Shown here piece after piece: positions 61,001-64,000 of a DNA stretch of 64,000 nt. A model generated the notes under the pieces. That model ran no database searches, was not told the DNA's origin, and saw nothing but the letters and a program-made list of their open reading frames with translations. A program made the translations under genes and the position numbers. This DNA comes from the human T2T-CHM13v2.0 reference genome, Homo sapiens, in contig CP068257.2 in assembly GCA_009914755.4 (NCBI GenBank), positions 36,576,001-36,640,000 of the forward strand, in the 5' to 3' direction. How positions within the stretch are numbered: position 1 is the stretch's first letter; each line of letters starts with the position of its first letter.

Positions 61001-64000
61001 GTTGTAAGCTTCCATAAATAGCTCCATATCTAACCCAACTTAAATAGAATTTATTCCAAGGTAAAAATATTTTTTCCCTCTCATCACACTTTAAGGTTTT
61101 TTATGTCTTGATTCAAGCCAAGATGAGGATTGGAAACATTATAGCATTTTTTTTTCTTTTTTGGAAATTATTCTTGGGAAACAGTTCTCTTGAAAAATTT
61201 GGTTCTTGTGAACTCTTCTGCCCAGTATTCAGATGTCATTTCAGATCTTCATAGAAAAATCCAGACTTCTATGTATTTTCTATGCAAATTTGACACAACT
61301 AAGAGTCTTTCCGTTAACTGTGGAGGTGGGGGTTGGGGAGCAGAAAGAAGTAAACACAACTTACTGAATAGTCATTTATATTTGTTTTTATCTTCGGCTA
61401 AAAGGTCAGTAAAATTAACCATGTTCAATTATGAAATGATTAGCTATGTTATTTCATGTAATCTTATACACTAGATTTCCCACTTTACTCCTTAGAACCA
61501 GAATTGTGAAACAAATTTTACTCATTGGATGAGAGAGAGATTGCATGGCAGAAAATATTATTTTGTCAGGATTAACAGTTTGTCCTATTTCCCTTAGTTA
61601 GTTTCAGAAATTTCCAGAAATACTTAGATCATTCAGTTGTTAAAGCATGCTTAACAAAGCCTGGCCTCTATGACAGAAGTCACATAGACGCGCATTTTAG
61701 AATTTCCCCACTCACCTCTCAACCCTGCAGTCATACATTTATAATGTCTCATCTCCTTTGGTAAACTGTCAGATCTGCAGCCTCAAAATCTAATTGTTGA
61801 CATATCACCAAATGAAAAGTAACAAAAACAGGTAAACATCACCAAAATGAAGAACATTGTCTTAGCATTTAAACTTTAAAATGTATTTCTACTACTCTGG
61901 ACTCATTTTTTCCTTCCATCATCTTTAAAATTGTTATAAATGAGTATCTGCTCCACTGTGTATGGTCCTGCAAGAACTAAAACTTCCCAGAGTATTAAAC
62001 TGTGGTTAAAATTCATGCAGTATGTAACTCGATGCTGAGAAGAAGCTACATATGCATATGTATGCTCAAAATATAAGAATTTAAGAAAAATGTACGATAA
62101 TGAAAAATGCATGGATTGAAAGTGAAAAGAGCTGTTTTGAGCTTCAATTCATCGCTCTGTAGCTGTGTGACTTTGCACAAATCACTTATCTTCTTTGGCT
62201 TCCATCTCCTTGCCCTTAAAATACAACTAATCATGCCTACATTTTGATCTGAGCATGGACTTAACAACATTTCTGGCAGTGTTTTACAAATTGAAAAAAA
62301 GGTGTTCAAATGTTAGTTTATTAAGTAAAGCTTAGGCTGGAAATACAGATTAAATATAAGGAGATAATTAAAGTTCCACGGTAACAAATCATGTCTTCCA
62401 TATGTAATCTTTTGTCAACCCACTTGACAAATATGCATATTTTTTGAGGGACTATGATGTGCCAGATATTGCTGGAAAGATGTTTGGTGAATAAGACAGG
62501 TACCATTGAGCTCTAGACTGGAACACAGATGGTAAATGGAAAAGCTTGAGGGCAACTTCAGACAGTGATAAGTGAGATACACAACAAAAGGAGTCTTGGG
62601 GCACGGACTTGGATCAGGACCAGATCAGATAAGGACCTCCCAGAGGAGGTGCCATTCAGGCTAGGACCTGAACAATGAGTCAGCTCAGTGAATGAAGGCC
62701 AGAGGGGACCATTCCAGGCCGAGGAAACAGCCCCTGCAAATCATCCCACCTGAGCAGCTGGTATATACTCAGATCCTTTAATTCTCAGTTTTCCCTCTTT
62801 CATCGTTCTGCACCTCTGTGCTTACCTGTTTTCTATGGGACTTTTAGCATATCCTCGCGGGAGGTCTATCTGATTCTAGACTCCGGGAGTACCAGCTCTA
62901 AGAAGTCCAAATCTCGTGTAGCTTCTTCATCCTCCTGCCCTGAACCCCTGGGAGCCCAGTGTCTTCTTTCCAGGGCCACCATTTATACTCCCAGGCTGAA
63001 AACGAGTCCCTTGCTTCCAGGGAAAGAAAGAGCAAAAGAGAAGGAGACTGAGGCATACCATCTCCACTGGGAAAACAGAAATGGAATGATTTATGCCCTG
63101 AGCTTTGAGTCAGGAGGGAGAGGGGGGAGAAAATAAGGAAGTCTCAGCCCTTCCTTCCTAAAGACAGAATGACACCCCATCCCTTCCAGCTCCCACTTAG
63201 TTCAAGCACCCAGAACAGCAGCAGCTGCACTTGGGGTGAATTGCGGAGCCCAGTACTCTGGGGAGAGGAAGTATCATTCATTTCCAACAGAAGCAAAGTG
63301 TTCCTCACCCTGTCTGCTCTATGTCAAACCAGATGCCGTGGTCTGGCCCCACCGACATGCCTGGGCAGGGGACGTGTGGGTATATCATCGTCTCCCATGG
63401 GAAACAGACCGTTTGCGTCTCTTGGCATTGCCTTTGGACCAGTGTAGAGGGCTCTCTCTAGGGGAAGTGCTTTTGAAAAACCCATTCCATCTCTTAGGAT
63501 TGACCACGATCCCCATGCAGTCTGGCCGTGAGAAGGCCAGGAGAGCACATGAGCCTTGGACTGGCCTCCCTTGATGTGGTGGCTGCAAGAGTCACTTTGC
63601 ATAGGATGGACATATAACCCCATTCCCGAAAGAAGCTTACTGCCTCTGCTTGCAGAGATCTTCCATTAGAAGCCTTCTTCAAGGATGGAATTCTGACCAT
63701 TTCTCATAAAGATGCCAGACTATGCAAGAATGCTGGAACTCAGATTCCAACATGTATCCCGAAGCCCAATTTCCATGATCCAGAAGAACCAAATTTTGCC
63801 CATGTCTATTCAGCTTATATATGTATATATATATATATAATATTTATCAGGGAAAGCAGGGCAATAGAAAAAAATCAGCTCAATAAAGGGGTTGAGCTAA
63901 AAACATGAGTTTTCCTCTGTGGCATTTTGCTTAGGTATGTTTGACATAGGTATAGTCTGTATGGATTCATTCTGATTCCACCAGGAGGGAAGAGATTTTG

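Overview
This window is primate (almost certainly human) nuclear DNA, not a prokaryotic locus. It is AT-rich and mostly made of interspersed repeats. By eye I count four Alu SINEs, four L1 copies on different strands and of different ages, several MaLR-type LTRs, a solo class-I ERV LTR, and one internally deleted class-I endogenous retrovirus provirus. The provirus is gammaretrovirus-like with a tRNA-Arg-like primer binding site, and is flanked by paired LTRs and a 4-bp target-site duplication. There are also several large simple-sequence tracts: a 730-bp polypyrimidine tract, a 620-bp (GGAT)n minisatellite, a (GAAA/GGAA)n tract and a compound (TCTA)n/(AGCT)n microsatellite. I see no operon-like gene array, no CRISPR array and no rRNA or tRNA gene. 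The long ORFs in the six-frame track are low-complexity artefacts (15.1-16.1 kb, 54.4-55.2 kb) or broken L1/ERV reading frames. The ORF track also uses alternative start codons, so many listed 'M' starts are GTG, TTG or CTG. The candidate host-gene signals worth follow-up are a ~1 kb duplicated block carrying minus-strand coiled-coil-like ORF remnants (12.5-13.5 kb, with a partial copy at 16.4-17.5 kb) and a minus-strand exon-like ORF whose C-terminus resembles the thioredoxin-domain/SPATA20 (YyaL/DUF255) family (45.7-46.2 kb). Structurally informative points are: a full-length L1 whose pre-integration empty site is preserved in the paralogous block within the same window; two separate integrations of related ERV LTRs, each with a 4-bp target-site duplication; and nested insertions (LTR into L1, repeat plus microsatellite into L1 ORF1). 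All repeat-family assignments come from recalled consensus sequences. They need confirmation with RepeatMasker/Dfam, and the coding assignments need BLAST or HMMER.
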